DNA of 64,000 nt from a virus. Taxonomy: Duplodnaviria; Caudoviricetes. The position numbers and the translations under genes were made by a program. The notes under the pieces are model-generated. The model did no database searches and was not told the DNA's origin. It saw nothing but the letters and a program-made list of their open reading frames with translations. The DNA is taken from IMG/VR virus record IMGVR_UViG_3300015214_000001, positions 144,459 to 208,458 of that record; one strand, written 5' to 3'. This document shows, one piece after another, positions 9,862-20,513 of this stretch; position 1 is the stretch's first letter; each line of letters opens with the position of its first letter.

Positions 9862-11000
9862 TTATCCAACCGTTTTATATCTGTAGTATGAAATTCCCTA
9901 GTGCTACCATCATTGAATACAACCTTATATAGCGGTCTGTTGCTTTTACTATCGCGCCTCATACCAATAACTCTGCCATTGCGTTTATCTGATGACTTAA
10001 CCATATCTCCGAGTTTAAAACGATAGCTAGGCAAAATCACCGTAGATGGTTTTTGTTTATGTTCTTCAATCGACTTGGTACGTGTTTCTTGTAAGTTGAC
10101 ATTCTTCTTTTGCCAATAACCGCGTAAAGCATCTAAAACAATTACTGAATCGCTTTTTTGCATTGCAAGATTTTTCCAACTTGCAATTGTATCTGGATAT
10201 TCTTTACTTAAAATATCATTGATCCCTTCAATAGCTTTTGAAACAGATTCGATGTCAAATTGATCTGCTTCAACTTTTTCCAAGTCAGACTTACATAGCT
10301 TAAGCAATTTAATAATTGTGTTCAATTCAGGTATCAAACCGCGATTAATAGTCGCCTTTAACTTATCAATCGCTTTATTTGTAAAGGTTAAGATGTTATT
10401 TCCCGACTTTAATTGTTTGTTGATATTATATACATCAGGAATAAATGCAGATTTTCGCTCATCATCATATGCTTGCTTATCTAACAGCCTAGCTACTTCA
10501 TTTTTCCACTCCCGTTTTAAATGAAGTAATTGAGGCAGAATTTCATCATATATAGATTTAGAAAATACAATAAGTTGATCGCCTAAAGTATTTGCATATA
10601 TAGCAGGGTCAACATCTGTTCCGTCGCTGGATTCCCATGCAATAATGTTGTTTTTAAAATCTTCATTGTGTTGCAATAAATTAGCGCAATTAGTTAATCT
10701 TGCTAATCTTTGCTCTAATTTCTCTAGTCTAGGTGACATAGGATTCGGTATGTGATTGCTGATAGTCCCAAATGGCATATGAGGGTGGTATTGGCTATTT
10801 AAAACAATAGCTAGATCATCAACAAACCTTTCAAAAGGGCAACCTAAGTAAACAGGCATTCCATCAATATCTTCTACTGTAGACTTCGAGCTTGATAATA
10901 CTTTCCCAGTGCTATGTAGACCATTTGCCCATGACTGCACATCTCTAATGGCGCTATCTAATAAATCTATTTGCGTGTTTGAATTGTCACTAATGCTCAT
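9858..11000 (-). CDS. Hypothetical, probable internal head protein with C-terminal SH3/KOW-like domain
   Basis: Helical body; C-term FKLGDMVKS..GRVIG..YKVVFNDG. Confidence 0.5.
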   Translation of the reverse strand: MSISDNSNTQIDLLDSAIRDVQSWANGLHSTGKVLSSSKSTVEDIDGMPVYLGCPFERFVDDLAIVLNSQYHPHMPFGTISNHIPNPMSPRLEKLEQRLARLTNCANLLQHNEDFKNNIIAWESSDGTDVDPAIYANTLGDQLIVFSKSIYDEILPQLLHLKREWKNEVARLLDKQAYDDERKSAFIPDVYNINKQLKSGNNILTFTNKAIDKLKATINRGLIPELNTIIKLLKLCKSDLEKVEADQFDIESVSKAIEGINDILSKEYPDTIASWKNLAMQKSDSVIVLDALRGYWQKKNVNLQETRTKSIEEHKQKPSTVILPSYRFKLGDMVKSSDKRNGRVIGMRRDSKSNRPLYKVVFNDGSTREFHTTDIKRLDK

Positions 11001-11001
11001 A

Positions 11002-14000
11002 TTAACCTCCTAACAGGTCTTGTTTTATCTTTGCAAATATGCCTTCAATATCTGGGGCGCTTTCGACCAATGCCGACTTCACTTTATCAGCTAATACCTC
11101 GTCTATATGAAGTGTCTCAAAGCGTAAACCCTTGTTAATGCCATGTTTCAGCGTTGCTTTACGCCACTTGTTCAGTTCGGCAAGTGCTTTTCGAGTTGTC
11201 TCAACATCTTTAATATCAAAAAGTCTTATTTGTCCATCATACTTGCCACTTGATATATTATCTTTGATTCGTTGCTCGCTCGATGAAACATCGTTAACAA
11301 ATTCTAGCAAATCTGCTTGCATTGGTGGCGGCAATTGATTTACATCAAAGCCTTGCTGATCTTGGATGTATCGGCTTAGTTTATGGAGGAGATTACTTCG
11401 TTCATACCCAATATAAAGCGCGTTCAGTTCTCTTTTTTCAACATCGCTCATCCACTTTTCAGACATATCTTTAACATCATCTTTAACAAATGATTTGCCA
11501 CTATAATCCTCAAGCATAGTTAAAAATGGGACTTCATTTACAACTTCATAATCCCCCCTGCTGACATATAACCCCATAGGACGAATAACCATCGGTGTTT
11601 CATGTCGCCTTACAAATGTATTTGGCGGGGCATATGCTAATGTAATATGTGGTGTAAAATTGCTAATTTTGCTATGTTGTGACAATGGTAAATTTAATGC
11701 CTGCATCCGCGTGATGACAGATGCTTGTAATGCTTTTAGATCATCGGTTAATTCTACCGACGCATATATAACAGTAGCATCTGGGTTATCGAAAATATCA
11801 ATATGAGACACGTAGATATTTAATGGAACTAATTCACTTGGCAATAACCCCATTAGGTGTTTCTCTGCATCACCATCAGCACTTAAGGCATACCCAAGTG
11901 TTATATGGAATGTGTCAGGTCTTTGCCATTCGATAGCAGTATCATCACCTAATTCTGCGCTTAATTGGTCTTGTAGTTCAATCAAGCGTTCTTCATCACC
12001 AATCCACAATGATAAATATAGTTCTTGATTTTCTGACGTGCCGTCAGTTTGAGTTGCTATATTCTCGTAATAACTGCCGTTATCTGTATCAATATCCAAC
12101 GTTTGTTCATCTAGCCATTCTTCAAACTCATCTGTTACACCTTCCACTTCATCGGCTACAGGTAGTGCGCTAGATGGCATAATATCTACCTCTCCACCAT
12201 ATAAAGGTGATAATGGCAATGGATCATTATCGCTGTTGTCAATGACTAGTGTTTCCTCTGCTGCGCCGATTGGCCCATCAGTTCTAAGTGTTTGATTCCC
12301 CAAATAATCATTAAATGTCAATTGGCCGTCTGGTGAACCACCTAATGTTTTTTCTAAAAGCATATCTAACTCATCATCACGATTGCCTTGATGAGTAAAG
12401 CCACTTGGTGGGGTATCTGTTGGCTCAAGAGTTTCATCTGGAATAGCGCGAACGCCATCATTGGCTTCTTCGATATTATCTTTAGACATCAATTCTTGAG
12501 CATAAGCATCATCTAACACATTAGCCACGCGCTTATATCCTGTTGTGGTATTATCTACAGGAATAGATAGTGCATCTTGAACGATGTCGCGCTTTACTAA
12601 ATCATTATTGTAATACTCTAGTATTCTTTCGACACGTTGAGTATCATGGTTCATCAGTTTATCTAACTTGACGCGAACTTCATCCGCATAACCATCAATG
12701 ATATTGTCATCTGGGGGCAATCCTAGCTCTTGTCTTACTTCACTACGTTTTAATATATTACCGCCCCATAATTCCATCACATTGCTGCGCTGTTCACCCA
12801 CTTCATCTATGTAACCATCAACACCCTTTGGCCCTTCTTCTATGTCTAATAGCGAGCGAGCTTCACCACGTTTAATAAGTTTTTCTCGCCATAAATCTTT
12901 AACTTGCTCGGCAAAGTCAGCGCCTCGTTCTAATTCTGATTGATAACCATCTTCAAACTCTCTACCTTCTGGTACTGGCAAATTTAGTGCGCGTAGTGTC
13001 TGCGATTTTAAGGCTAAATCGCTATTCCAAGCATCTAAGGCAAATTGCTTTGATTGTTCAAGGTCTGAGCGATAGCCATCTGGCATACCAGGAGGCAACT
13101 CATGACCAAGCATCCTTAAAACTTCGCTTTTTAAGGCAAGGTCATTTGCCCATAACCAATCGGCATAAGTTTGTTGGCGCTGTGTAGGTAAATTTCCCGA
13201 TGAGACAATCCTATCTAAAGGGGTTAATACACCGTCGTGAAGATACCACCCATCAAGCTCTTTGACTGGTGGCATCTTCATCCGCACTCTAGCTTCATTG
13301 TAAGCCTGTAATTGACTATCAAAGAGGCTTACTTCAACACCAGCCCTATCGTCGCGATCAGCATCAAGTTCCGATATTTCACTTAAATCTATGACTAGCC
13401 GCATCCCATCGCGCAAGCCAAAGTCTCTAGCTAATGCTTCGACGTAGCGTTCAGCTAGGGGGATAACGGTGTCATCCCATGCCCTTTTAATTAAGTCGGC
13501 ATGTCGATCATGAGAACCACCAGAAGGCGTAACTATCAACTCCCTATCTAAGCCGATAGTTGTCGCAATGCCTTCTAAGGCTGTATCGTTCAAATCAGGA
13601 GCGCCAATCTCGCTGGCGCTAATTCCTACTTGCTCAATGCTTAATTTTTTATCTGTTACCATAGCACGCAAACTGGCATCCATGCCTTGCCAGTTGTCCT
13701 CAAATGCACGCTTTAATTTCAGCACATCCGAGTCTGTCATCAACATAGAATCTTCTTCGCCTGATGACACTAAAATAAATGGCATCGCGCCACGAGTAAA
13801 ATACTCTGCCATCCACTGAGCGATAGCAGAGTTAGCTACTGCTTCATGGATACAGACAGAAACCAATGATGTTCCACGAACGGGGTTAGCTGGATTCCAT
13901 CGTGTAACATAAATAAATTCTTTACGTGTTAAGTAGGTTCGGTCTTTTAGAATGTCGCTTGTGGTGTTATAGCGATTAACGTTAACGCCATCAATGTCAC

Positions 14001-14592
14001 CATAGATAGTCGTTATGTTCGCATCCCACATCGGCTTATCTATCACATAAATACCAGCTACAGCGCCATCCTTGTAAGAATAAATCGGATTGCCTTCTCG
14101 ATCTGCTATAACAGCGCGATTAGTTTTTACTTTATAGGCGACAGAAGCTCCATAGATTGATTCGTTCAGCCAAGTTCTTGACAAATACTCAGCGCCATCT
14201 TTGCTGAGTATTTTATTTAAGCGGTCAGTTTCAGGTAAACGCACCCATTGACCATCTTTTTCAATCTCAGCGACAATGTTTACACGCCTGATTAAATTCG
14301 CAACGCGGTTAATAGCCGCGTGCAAATAGACAGACGTTAAATATGCTGTTAAAACTTGGTTTTCAGAATAACCCAAGTTTCCAGCAGAGGCATTAATAAA
14401 TGAACTAATGTGAGAGCTAAAAACATCAAAGCTCTTTATAGATTGAGACGGGTCTATCAGTTTTATACCCCCGCCGCGATTGTCTGTATTATTCTGGTAC
14501 AGAGCAGGGGAGTTAGGTTTTGAATAAGGCTTCTGAGAAGGCTTATTATTATCAAATTGTTGCACCATTGAGGTGATCGCTTTTATAACCAT
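11002..14592 (-). CDS. Portal protein with tandem C-terminal repeats and fused 2H phosphoesterase domain
   Basis: N-terminal ~450 aa HK97-type portal (AYLTSVYLHAAINRVA, RGTSLV, YFTRGAMP, NEARVRMKMPP); two HITL motifs (~11900 and ~11645) of a 2H fold. Confidence 0.85.
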   Translation of the reverse strand: MVIKAITSMVQQFDNNKPSQKPYSKPNSPALYQNNTDNRGGGIKLIDPSQSIKSFDVFSSHISSFINASAGNLGYSENQVLTAYLTSVYLHAAINRVANLIRRVNIVAEIEKDGQWVRLPETDRLNKILSKDGAEYLSRTWLNESIYGASVAYKVKTNRAVIADREGNPIYSYKDGAVAGIYVIDKPMWDANITTIYGDIDGVNVNRYNTTSDILKDRTYLTRKEFIYVTRWNPANPVRGTSLVSVCIHEAVANSAIAQWMAEYFTRGAMPFILVSSGEEDSMLMTDSDVLKLKRAFEDNWQGMDASLRAMVTDKKLSIEQVGISASEIGAPDLNDTALEGIATTIGLDRELIVTPSGGSHDRHADLIKRAWDDTVIPLAERYVEALARDFGLRDGMRLVIDLSEISELDADRDDRAGVEVSLFDSQLQAYNEARVRMKMPPVKELDGWYLHDGVLTPLDRIVSSGNLPTQRQQTYADWLWANDLALKSEVLRMLGHELPPGMPDGYRSDLEQSKQFALDAWNSDLALKSQTLRALNLPVPEGREFEDGYQSELERGADFAEQVKDLWREKLIKRGEARSLLDIEEGPKGVDGYIDEVGEQRSNVMELWGGNILKRSEVRQELGLPPDDNIIDGYADEVRVKLDKLMNHDTQRVERILEYYNNDLVKRDIVQDALSIPVDNTTTGYKRVANVLDDAYAQELMSKDNIEEANDGVRAIPDETLEPTDTPPSGFTHQGNRDDELDMLLEKTLGGSPDGQLTFNDYLGNQTLRTDGPIGAAEETLVIDNSDNDPLPLSPLYGGEVDIMPSSALPVADEVEGVTDEFEEWLDEQTLDIDTDNGSYYENIATQTDGTSENQELYLSLWIGDEERLIELQDQLSAELGDDTAIEWQRPDTFHITLGYALSADGDAEKHLMGLLPSELVPLNIYVSHIDIFDNPDATVIYASVELTDDLKALQASVITRMQALNLPLSQHSKISNFTPHITLAYAPPNTFVRRHETPMVIRPMGLYVSRGDYEVVNEVPFLTMLEDYSGKSFVKDDVKDMSEKWMSDVEKRELNALYIGYERSNLLHKLSRYIQDQQGFDVNQLPPPMQADLLEFVNDVSSSEQRIKDNISSGKYDGQIRLFDIKDVETTRKALAELNKWRKATLKHGINKGLRFETLHIDEVLADKVKSALVESAPDIEGIFAKIKQDLLGG

Positions 14593-14629
14593 AAGTCACC
14601 TGTGACGTTGAGTAAAAAGAAGGTGAAAC

Positions 14630-16666
14630 TTAAACACTTACCGAGAATAAGACTGTTGATTTGAGATTGTCGGCATTTGTGTTTTCAGTTGATGTAGAAA
14701 TGACATTCGATTTGATATATTTAATATCCCCTGTATGTCGATCTGTTACTGCAATCCCATTCAGATCGCCAATGTCCTTTAATGTCGTCTCTACTGCTTT
14801 TTGGTCATCGGCAAATCGCACGACTTCAATCAGGACATAACCATCAGGCGGGTTATCTTGTGGCAAACGATAACTGTTATGCGCCACAGAATCAATCGCA
14901 AGGTCAATAATAGCATCATTAATGTGATGACCTGTGTATTTTTTAATGCCAGGCGCTTCATCGCCATGCGTTGCTGATGGTAAAGTTAAGCAGTCAGCAA
15001 CCTTTTGCAGGGCATTCTCTAATCTATCAAGAGCTTTGTTTTGCCCGTCAATGATTTCCTCTGCGATCATCTTTTTTGGCTCATCAGCATTTTGTCTCTT
15101 ACCTGCTTCAATTAGAGCTTGATGTAAAACAATGCGTGCTGAACCAATACTATAGGTCGCATCTTGTAACGCACGGAAATATTTCCGCTTAGGCCCCGTT
15201 GTTACATTGGCCCATAATGGCAATGCCATTACTTGTAGCATGTGTTTATTTAAAGGGCTGATTAAATTAGCATAGCTAATCGGGTTAGCAGTAATGTCTT
15301 TATGGTCATCCACAATGCGTTTTAGTGTATCATGAACATCGCGGGTAATTTCGATCATGCTATCAATATCATCAGATGATTTAATAACGATCTTATTGTT
15401 TTTACGACTCTTAGTTGCCCCACGACCTCTTGGCTCTAAATCTGCGCCGAGCGTAATTGCCGAACCAGCACTTTCACCCTGCTCATTGATGAACCTTAGT
15501 TCATAACACTTCTGCCCATCAATATCAGAAACGCCAGTTACCTCTGCTAACGTCCTAAACATCTTTGAATAGACTATATCGCCAGGTAAAAATCGTTTCA
15601 CTAAATAGCGATAAGTTTGCGTATCATGTTTATATTGCGTTTCGCGTATGATTTCAAAGCGCAAATCTTCTATTGGGACAGGATCAACCCGACGACCAAT
15701 AACACTAATGTCGCCAGTAACATCCCTGCTAAAATTACGTCTTTCGATGTTAATTGGGGCATTCGCTGTTTTTACCGTCTCATTTCTAACCATCGTGTGA
15801 GAGCCAGATAACCGCTTTGCTTGCCACGCATCACAAACATAATTATCTTTTGCTGAAAAATCAAAGACGACACATTCGCCGCGCCCACCGTCTTGCGCTT
15901 TATAAAAACGGCATGTTTGGCATTGTCTTGGTGAGTCGTCTATAGATAGCCTATAATTAGGAACATTATCAGGCACTGAAATATTTGCGTTGCCATCGTC
16001 AGCCTTAGCTGTAAACTGTTCTTCTAGGACATCATTTGATTTGTTTTTCAGTGTTTGATGTAATTCAGATAAAATCCGTTCGCAATCGGATTGATACTTA
16101 TCAGACTCACCCATAAAAGTGTTATGGGTGTTAAGCACATCACCATAGCCAGTCAAGTGACATTCTTCTAATTCATTGACGACATTATCGACACTAGTTA
16201 TGAGTGCCTCCCACTTTTCATCTTGAGAGACAATGCTTTCATCGCCAATTTCATTTATTTCTGACAGCAACACTGGCAATGGCGCATAAGCAAGCGCCAT
16301 TGGGATATTCATTTCTGCTTCTGCTTTTTGAATAGAAGCCAGCCATCTTTTAGCTGTATCTCGAAAAGCAGTTACAATATCATGATCTTCCTTTTCTGGT
16401 CTATCTCTTATTGTGTCAGAGATAGTTTTAGATAAGTTTAAAAGGACAGGCAAAGCATTTTTTTGAGCATCTAAAGCATATGTGGCATTAGCCAACGCTG
16501 ATGCAATTAATTTGCCTTTAGTTTCTAAGTCCATCGCGCGTTGTCGCAACGGACTATCTTCTGGTAAATGCGAATAATGGCTACTCGAAAGAGTAGCCTT
16601 ATTGCGCGGGTGAGTAGCAAAGCCTCCGCTACTATCTTGGCTAGAATAATATCCTTTATTCTGCAT
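14630..16666 (-). CDS. Large hypothetical (probable head) protein with HiPIP-like Cys4 domain
   Basis: NYR..CQTCRFY..GECVVF..VCDAW; SH3-like segment PGDIVYSK..YELRF. Confidence 0.55.
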   Translation of the reverse strand: MQNKGYYSSQDSSGGFATHPRNKATLSSSHYSHLPEDSPLRQRAMDLETKGKLIASALANATYALDAQKNALPVLLNLSKTISDTIRDRPEKEDHDIVTAFRDTAKRWLASIQKAEAEMNIPMALAYAPLPVLLSEINEIGDESIVSQDEKWEALITSVDNVVNELEECHLTGYGDVLNTHNTFMGESDKYQSDCERILSELHQTLKNKSNDVLEEQFTAKADDGNANISVPDNVPNYRLSIDDSPRQCQTCRFYKAQDGGRGECVVFDFSAKDNYVCDAWQAKRLSGSHTMVRNETVKTANAPINIERRNFSRDVTGDISVIGRRVDPVPIEDLRFEIIRETQYKHDTQTYRYLVKRFLPGDIVYSKMFRTLAEVTGVSDIDGQKCYELRFINEQGESAGSAITLGADLEPRGRGATKSRKNNKIVIKSSDDIDSMIEITRDVHDTLKRIVDDHKDITANPISYANLISPLNKHMLQVMALPLWANVTTGPKRKYFRALQDATYSIGSARIVLHQALIEAGKRQNADEPKKMIAEEIIDGQNKALDRLENALQKVADCLTLPSATHGDEAPGIKKYTGHHINDAIIDLAIDSVAHNSYRLPQDNPPDGYVLIEVVRFADDQKAVETTLKDIGDLNGIAVTDRHTGDIKYIKSNVISTSTENTNADNLKSTVLFSVSV

Positions 16667-16925
16667 TGTTTTTGCCTCGCTCTATATTTAACGACTTGGC
16701 GCGACGATTAGTTTCGTCTTTATCGCTTAATGTTACATCATCACTGTGCAGAATAACTGTATCTTGACTTACTGGCAGTGCTTCGATAATTGCGCCATCG
16801 CTTGTTATTTGAACGCTTTTAATTAAATATTGGCGTTTCTGATATGTAACAACATCATTTGTCTTTAATGGTATTAAGGACATTTTGCACTCCTGACGAT
16901 CTAATAGGCGTAATTGTGCGTCCAT
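16656..16925 (-). CDS. Hypothetical protein (start likely MSLIPL, ~16883)
   Basis: Packed ORF. Confidence 0.5.
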   Translation of the reverse strand: MDAQLRLLDRQECKMSLIPLKTNDVVTYQKRQYLIKSVQITSDGAIIEALPVSQDTVILHSDDVTLSDKDETNRRAKSLNIERGKNNAE

Positions 16926-17971
16926 TTTGCATTAGCATGACGTAAATACAACTCGATCTTGCTTAACGCATCTTGTAAGTTTTCCAATAGATCATATAAT
17001 GGCGGGTAACTCCAACTATCGAGCCTATCAAATGGAACGTTATCTAGTGTGTTGATTAAGCGGTAAGCCTGACCAGCAAAGTCAAATAACAAATTGGCGT
17101 TATCGTTTAATTCTCTATCATGGTAAATAGATGCAATGTCTTTGATTTTCTTTGCACTTACCGTTATCTTGCCTAATAATTCATCAGGAGAATAAAAAGG
17201 CTTCTCTGCTAAGTTGCGATTAATAGAGCGAACAAGGTCAGACATCTCAGTAACGCCCCTTGAATCTAAATCTGCCTTATAGTCATAAGGCTTTTCATTG
17301 TTCCTGACAGCATTAATCGCCTGAGCTACGGCTGCGATTGCCTCATCAAACAAAACTTCTTTGATGCTACTCTTGTAACCAACATTAGAAGCAACATATA
17401 ACTTATGACTAACGTTAGTTAGTAAGTTTTTAATGTCATCGTCTTGTTCTCGGAAGCTAATGACCTGATCCACATCGGCTTTTGTTTGTAATAACGACTT
17501 CACAGGAATACGCTGGTTGGCAGGCATACTCTTGAAAGATAACAGAGACTTCTTAATGCCATCCAGCTTAATTTCTAACGCGCTTTTGACTGTTTCATAA
17601 ACTGCTCGCTTACCATAAATTTCTTGCGCTTGGCGACGTTCGCTGCTACTTAATGGCTTATCAACCCTAGTTTCATCTTCAATAGCACATAAAGACTTAT
17701 AGGCCTTATGCGCCAATTCGCGTGCTTCGTCGCTATTCTTGCCGCGTTTTTGATATGCCTCTTGCAAACTTTTTTGTGCATTAAACACGCTAGGAACACT
17801 CAGTTCTTTATGGTTTTTTAGCTTACCAGCTTCTTCATTCCAAGTAGTAATAGCGTTGATAACATCACTTGGAGATGGCGAATATTGTTCCCAGTGTTTA
17901 AGTTTTTGTTGCATTAAATTACGCAATGTTTTAATGCGTTGGTATCCTTGAGTATGAGTTAAATTTGTCAT
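16901..17971 (-). CDS. Hypothetical helical protein, probable internal head protein
   Basis: 356-aa ORF between TerL and portal, with SD. Confidence 0.55.
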   Translation of the reverse strand: MTNLTHTQGYQRIKTLRNLMQQKLKHWEQYSPSPSDVINAITTWNEEAGKLKNHKELSVPSVFNAQKSLQEAYQKRGKNSDEARELAHKAYKSLCAIEDETRVDKPLSSSERRQAQEIYGKRAVYETVKSALEIKLDGIKKSLLSFKSMPANQRIPVKSLLQTKADVDQVISFREQDDDIKNLLTNVSHKLYVASNVGYKSSIKEVLFDEAIAAVAQAINAVRNNEKPYDYKADLDSRGVTEMSDLVRSINRNLAEKPFYSPDELLGKITVSAKKIKDIASIYHDRELNDNANLLFDFAGQAYRLINTLDNVPFDRLDSWSYPPLYDLLENLQDALSKIELYLRHANAKWTHNYAY

Positions 17972-18032
17972 GTGTACACCCTCATTAACTTATCTAATTA
18001 TTTTACAACATAAAAAACACGCTTTTTAACTA

Positions 18033-19715
18033 TCAGACAACGGATATACCGCCTGCTGTTTTATGGTATGCGTATAGTGCTAACATTAACGACTCTGCTA
18101 GGTCTGGACTTTCACCAATACGCTTCCTAACAACTTCCTTGCGTTCCACTTTAATGACATCGTTTATTGTACGCTCAAACTTAATGGATGTTAGTTGCCT
18201 TCTGAGTTTCTTTGAGATAGGCATTGTTATAAGATCGTCCCCTTCTGGGTCTAATGCTTCTCGCAAGCGCCACCATAATTCGGTTCTCTTATTAAAGAAC
18301 CCGAACAAGCCATCTTTATCTTTTGCTCGAGATACATTTGATCCTTTTATTGGGATAACTCGGTATCCTTTAGATTTTAATTGAGCGATAACGGCAAGGC
18401 CTACCCCAATAGCATCAACAAATATAAAATGCTCTTTGTTGTTATTCATCAATCTAATGATTTCATTGGCTTGTAATATCGGCACTTTCGCCAACTCTAA
18501 TGTCTCTACTTCTATTTCCTCAGTCCACTGAACATACTTACCTGTTATTTTTACTAATGGGGTTATATCTCCACCCATTTCAGAAACATCTAACCCATAG
18601 ACTGGTGTTAACTTGCTTGCTTCCTCAAACGCACCTTCTTTTAATGCTTCTTCATACCTTTTTTCAGCGCGATCAATCCAAGCATCAGGGATTAACTGCC
18701 AAGGGTCAGGCTTAGAAGATAAACTAAAGTCGCCATTTAACATCTGACTTCTAAAGGGTTCAGGCATGTTTTGAAGAACTGCTTCATACTCACCATCCGC
18801 AGATAGAAATGGGTTATCGGATAGTTTAGCTGGAACAAATGTTCTTGACTTAGGCCTAACTGTAAGCACATTGCCGTTTTTTTCAGTGTACTGAAATGGC
18901 TTTCCTTCTGCGCCTTCTGGACTTATTTCTTTCGTTATCTCAACATCATTGCCATCTAACGTAGCAAACCAGCGCAATTCACCAGGCAATGCAGGATTTT
19001 TATGCTTGGGATCAAGCCATGGCGACCACCTACGAATAACCCATCGCCCCTCCGTTGTTGTCGGCGGGTTTCCAGCAACAACAACCCGAACGGGAACGCC
19101 TTCTTGAGCAGTACGCGCCCAACCAATTAAGAAGGTATAAACTTCTTCTGGAATGTCTGGTACTTCATCAAAAAGTTTTAGGTCATGAGGACGACCTTTA
19201 TATTTCTGAGCAGCTAGGAAGTTTGCCGCACTTCCAATTTCTAATACTTTATTGTCAGGTAAACCGACAAAAGACTGAACATTACCATCACGATATTGAG
19301 CCTTAGAGTATCCACTATCTGCTAATACTTGTTTAGCGCGACTGATAAAGTGTTTATGCTCAGGGTATGATCTACGAAAGCAGATTGCATTTTTGTGCGG
19401 TGAGAGGCGGCTTAATGATAGTCCGATCATTAAATCTGTTTTACCCCCACCAGCAGCGCCACCATAGAATAATTCATCAGCCTTGCTATAGAAAGCCATA
19501 GTCTGTGGGCCTTCTAATGGCTTCCATATGATGTTTGTGTCATCGGCGCTTGGTTGAAGCTGGTCAGCAAAAGAGCTTAAGAAGTTGGCAATTAAGTTAT
19601 CGCCTGTTCCCACCATTGACCTAATATCATTCGCTTTAGCAGATTCGTCACTATCATTAGTGGTTTCTTCTTCTAAGGTTTCTTCTTCATCAAACAGATC
19701 ATCATATTGTTCCAT
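18033..19715 (-). CDS. terL: Terminase large subunit
   Basis: Walker A YGGAAGGGKT, Walker B LFDE, coupling motif AGNP, nuclease motifs GLDVS, VDAIGVG and SPDLAESL. Confidence 0.95.
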   Translation of the reverse strand: MEQYDDLFDEEETLEEETTNDSDESAKANDIRSMVGTGDNLIANFLSSFADQLQPSADDTNIIWKPLEGPQTMAFYSKADELFYGGAAGGGKTDLMIGLSLSRLSPHKNAICFRRSYPEHKHFISRAKQVLADSGYSKAQYRDGNVQSFVGLPDNKVLEIGSAANFLAAQKYKGRPHDLKLFDEVPDIPEEVYTFLIGWARTAQEGVPVRVVVAGNPPTTTEGRWVIRRWSPWLDPKHKNPALPGELRWFATLDGNDVEITKEISPEGAEGKPFQYTEKNGNVLTVRPKSRTFVPAKLSDNPFLSADGEYEAVLQNMPEPFRSQMLNGDFSLSSKPDPWQLIPDAWIDRAEKRYEEALKEGAFEEASKLTPVYGLDVSEMGGDITPLVKITGKYVQWTEEIEVETLELAKVPILQANEIIRLMNNNKEHFIFVDAIGVGLAVIAQLKSKGYRVIPIKGSNVSRAKDKDGLFGFFNKRTELWWRLREALDPEGDDLITMPISKKLRRQLTSIKFERTINDVIKVERKEVVRKRIGESPDLAESLMLALYAYHKTAGGISVV

Positions 19716-19733
19716 AACAACTCTCTTGGCTTA

Positions 19734-20513
19734 TTAATCAAATAATGAGCTATAAATGGTTGGTAATTCTTGCTCTATGCTTTCAATATCAACACCTGCT
19801 TCAACTTCATTACTTTGCTCACCATCAATAGCGCTGTTACCTGTTGATTCTTCCTCATCATCTTCGCTTCCACCTTCCTCATCATCGGAAAACTCAAATT
19901 CAAATTCGATCTCAATTTTATCAATCTCACCTGCTTTAAAGCGATCAATCATTTCAGACAAGTTAGGCAATATATCATTTCTTAAATATCTTTGCACACC
20001 AGTTAGTTCAGTGACATATGTTTCTAGGTAGTCTACTAAACTCACATAGCTTTCGTGCGACAACGCATAATGCCTTGTCGCACCTTCAAGCAACTCTGAC
20101 AAATCTAGCGCTGAGACATTTTTATCAGATAAGATGCGTTTTGTCTCACTATCAAAGCGACCTAGTGCATTAAATGAAGCATAGCTGCTATGCAATTTCC
20201 TATTTGCGTCAGAAGCATTCTTTACACAGGCATCCAAATAACGCAGGTAATCACTTAGTCTAGTACGAACCTGATCTGCTATTAAGACCTCTTTTTGACG
20301 TTCTCTATCTTCGATCTCTGATGGGTTCTTGCCACGCCTAAACCAATCAAAAACATTCAGTTTAGCCTGTGTTTTATTAACTAATTCTTCTTTGATCTGA
20401 GCTTTAATTTCTTCTTTAATCTGAGCTTTAATTTTATTTTTATCCATCTCAATCACCTTTTTATTTTTAATATTCTTCTGGTGGTGGGGGCGCAGCGTTT
20501 GTATTTGTGTCAT
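19734..20513 (-). CDS. Hypothetical protein with acidic C-terminus
   Basis: ORF between TerS and TerL; start probably MDKNKIK. Confidence 0.55.
   Translation of the reverse strand: MTQIQTLRPHHQKNIKNKKVIEMDKNKIKAQIKEEIKAQIKEELVNKTQAKLNVFDWFRRGKNPSEIEDRERQKEVLIADQVRTRLSDYLRYLDACVKNASDANRKLHSSYASFNALGRFDSETKRILSDKNVSALDLSELLEGATRHYALSHESYVSLVDYLETYVTELTGVQRYLRNDILPNLSEMIDRFKAGEIDKIEIEFEFEFSDDEEGGSEDDEEESTGNSAIDGEQSNEVEAGVDIESIEQELPTIYSSLFD
20385..20432. repeat. 24-bp tandem duplication encoding IKAQIKEE x2
   Basis: TTCTTCTTT(G/A)ATCTGAGCTTTAAT twice. Confidence 0.85.

Noticed and set aside
11553-11558. C6 run in the portal gene and several C5/G5 runs
   Set aside because: Short, in-frame, expected by chance and lacking the shared flanking context
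20385-20432. 24-bp tandem duplication as a functional repeat array
   Set aside because: Only two copies, in frame, in a low-complexity N-terminus
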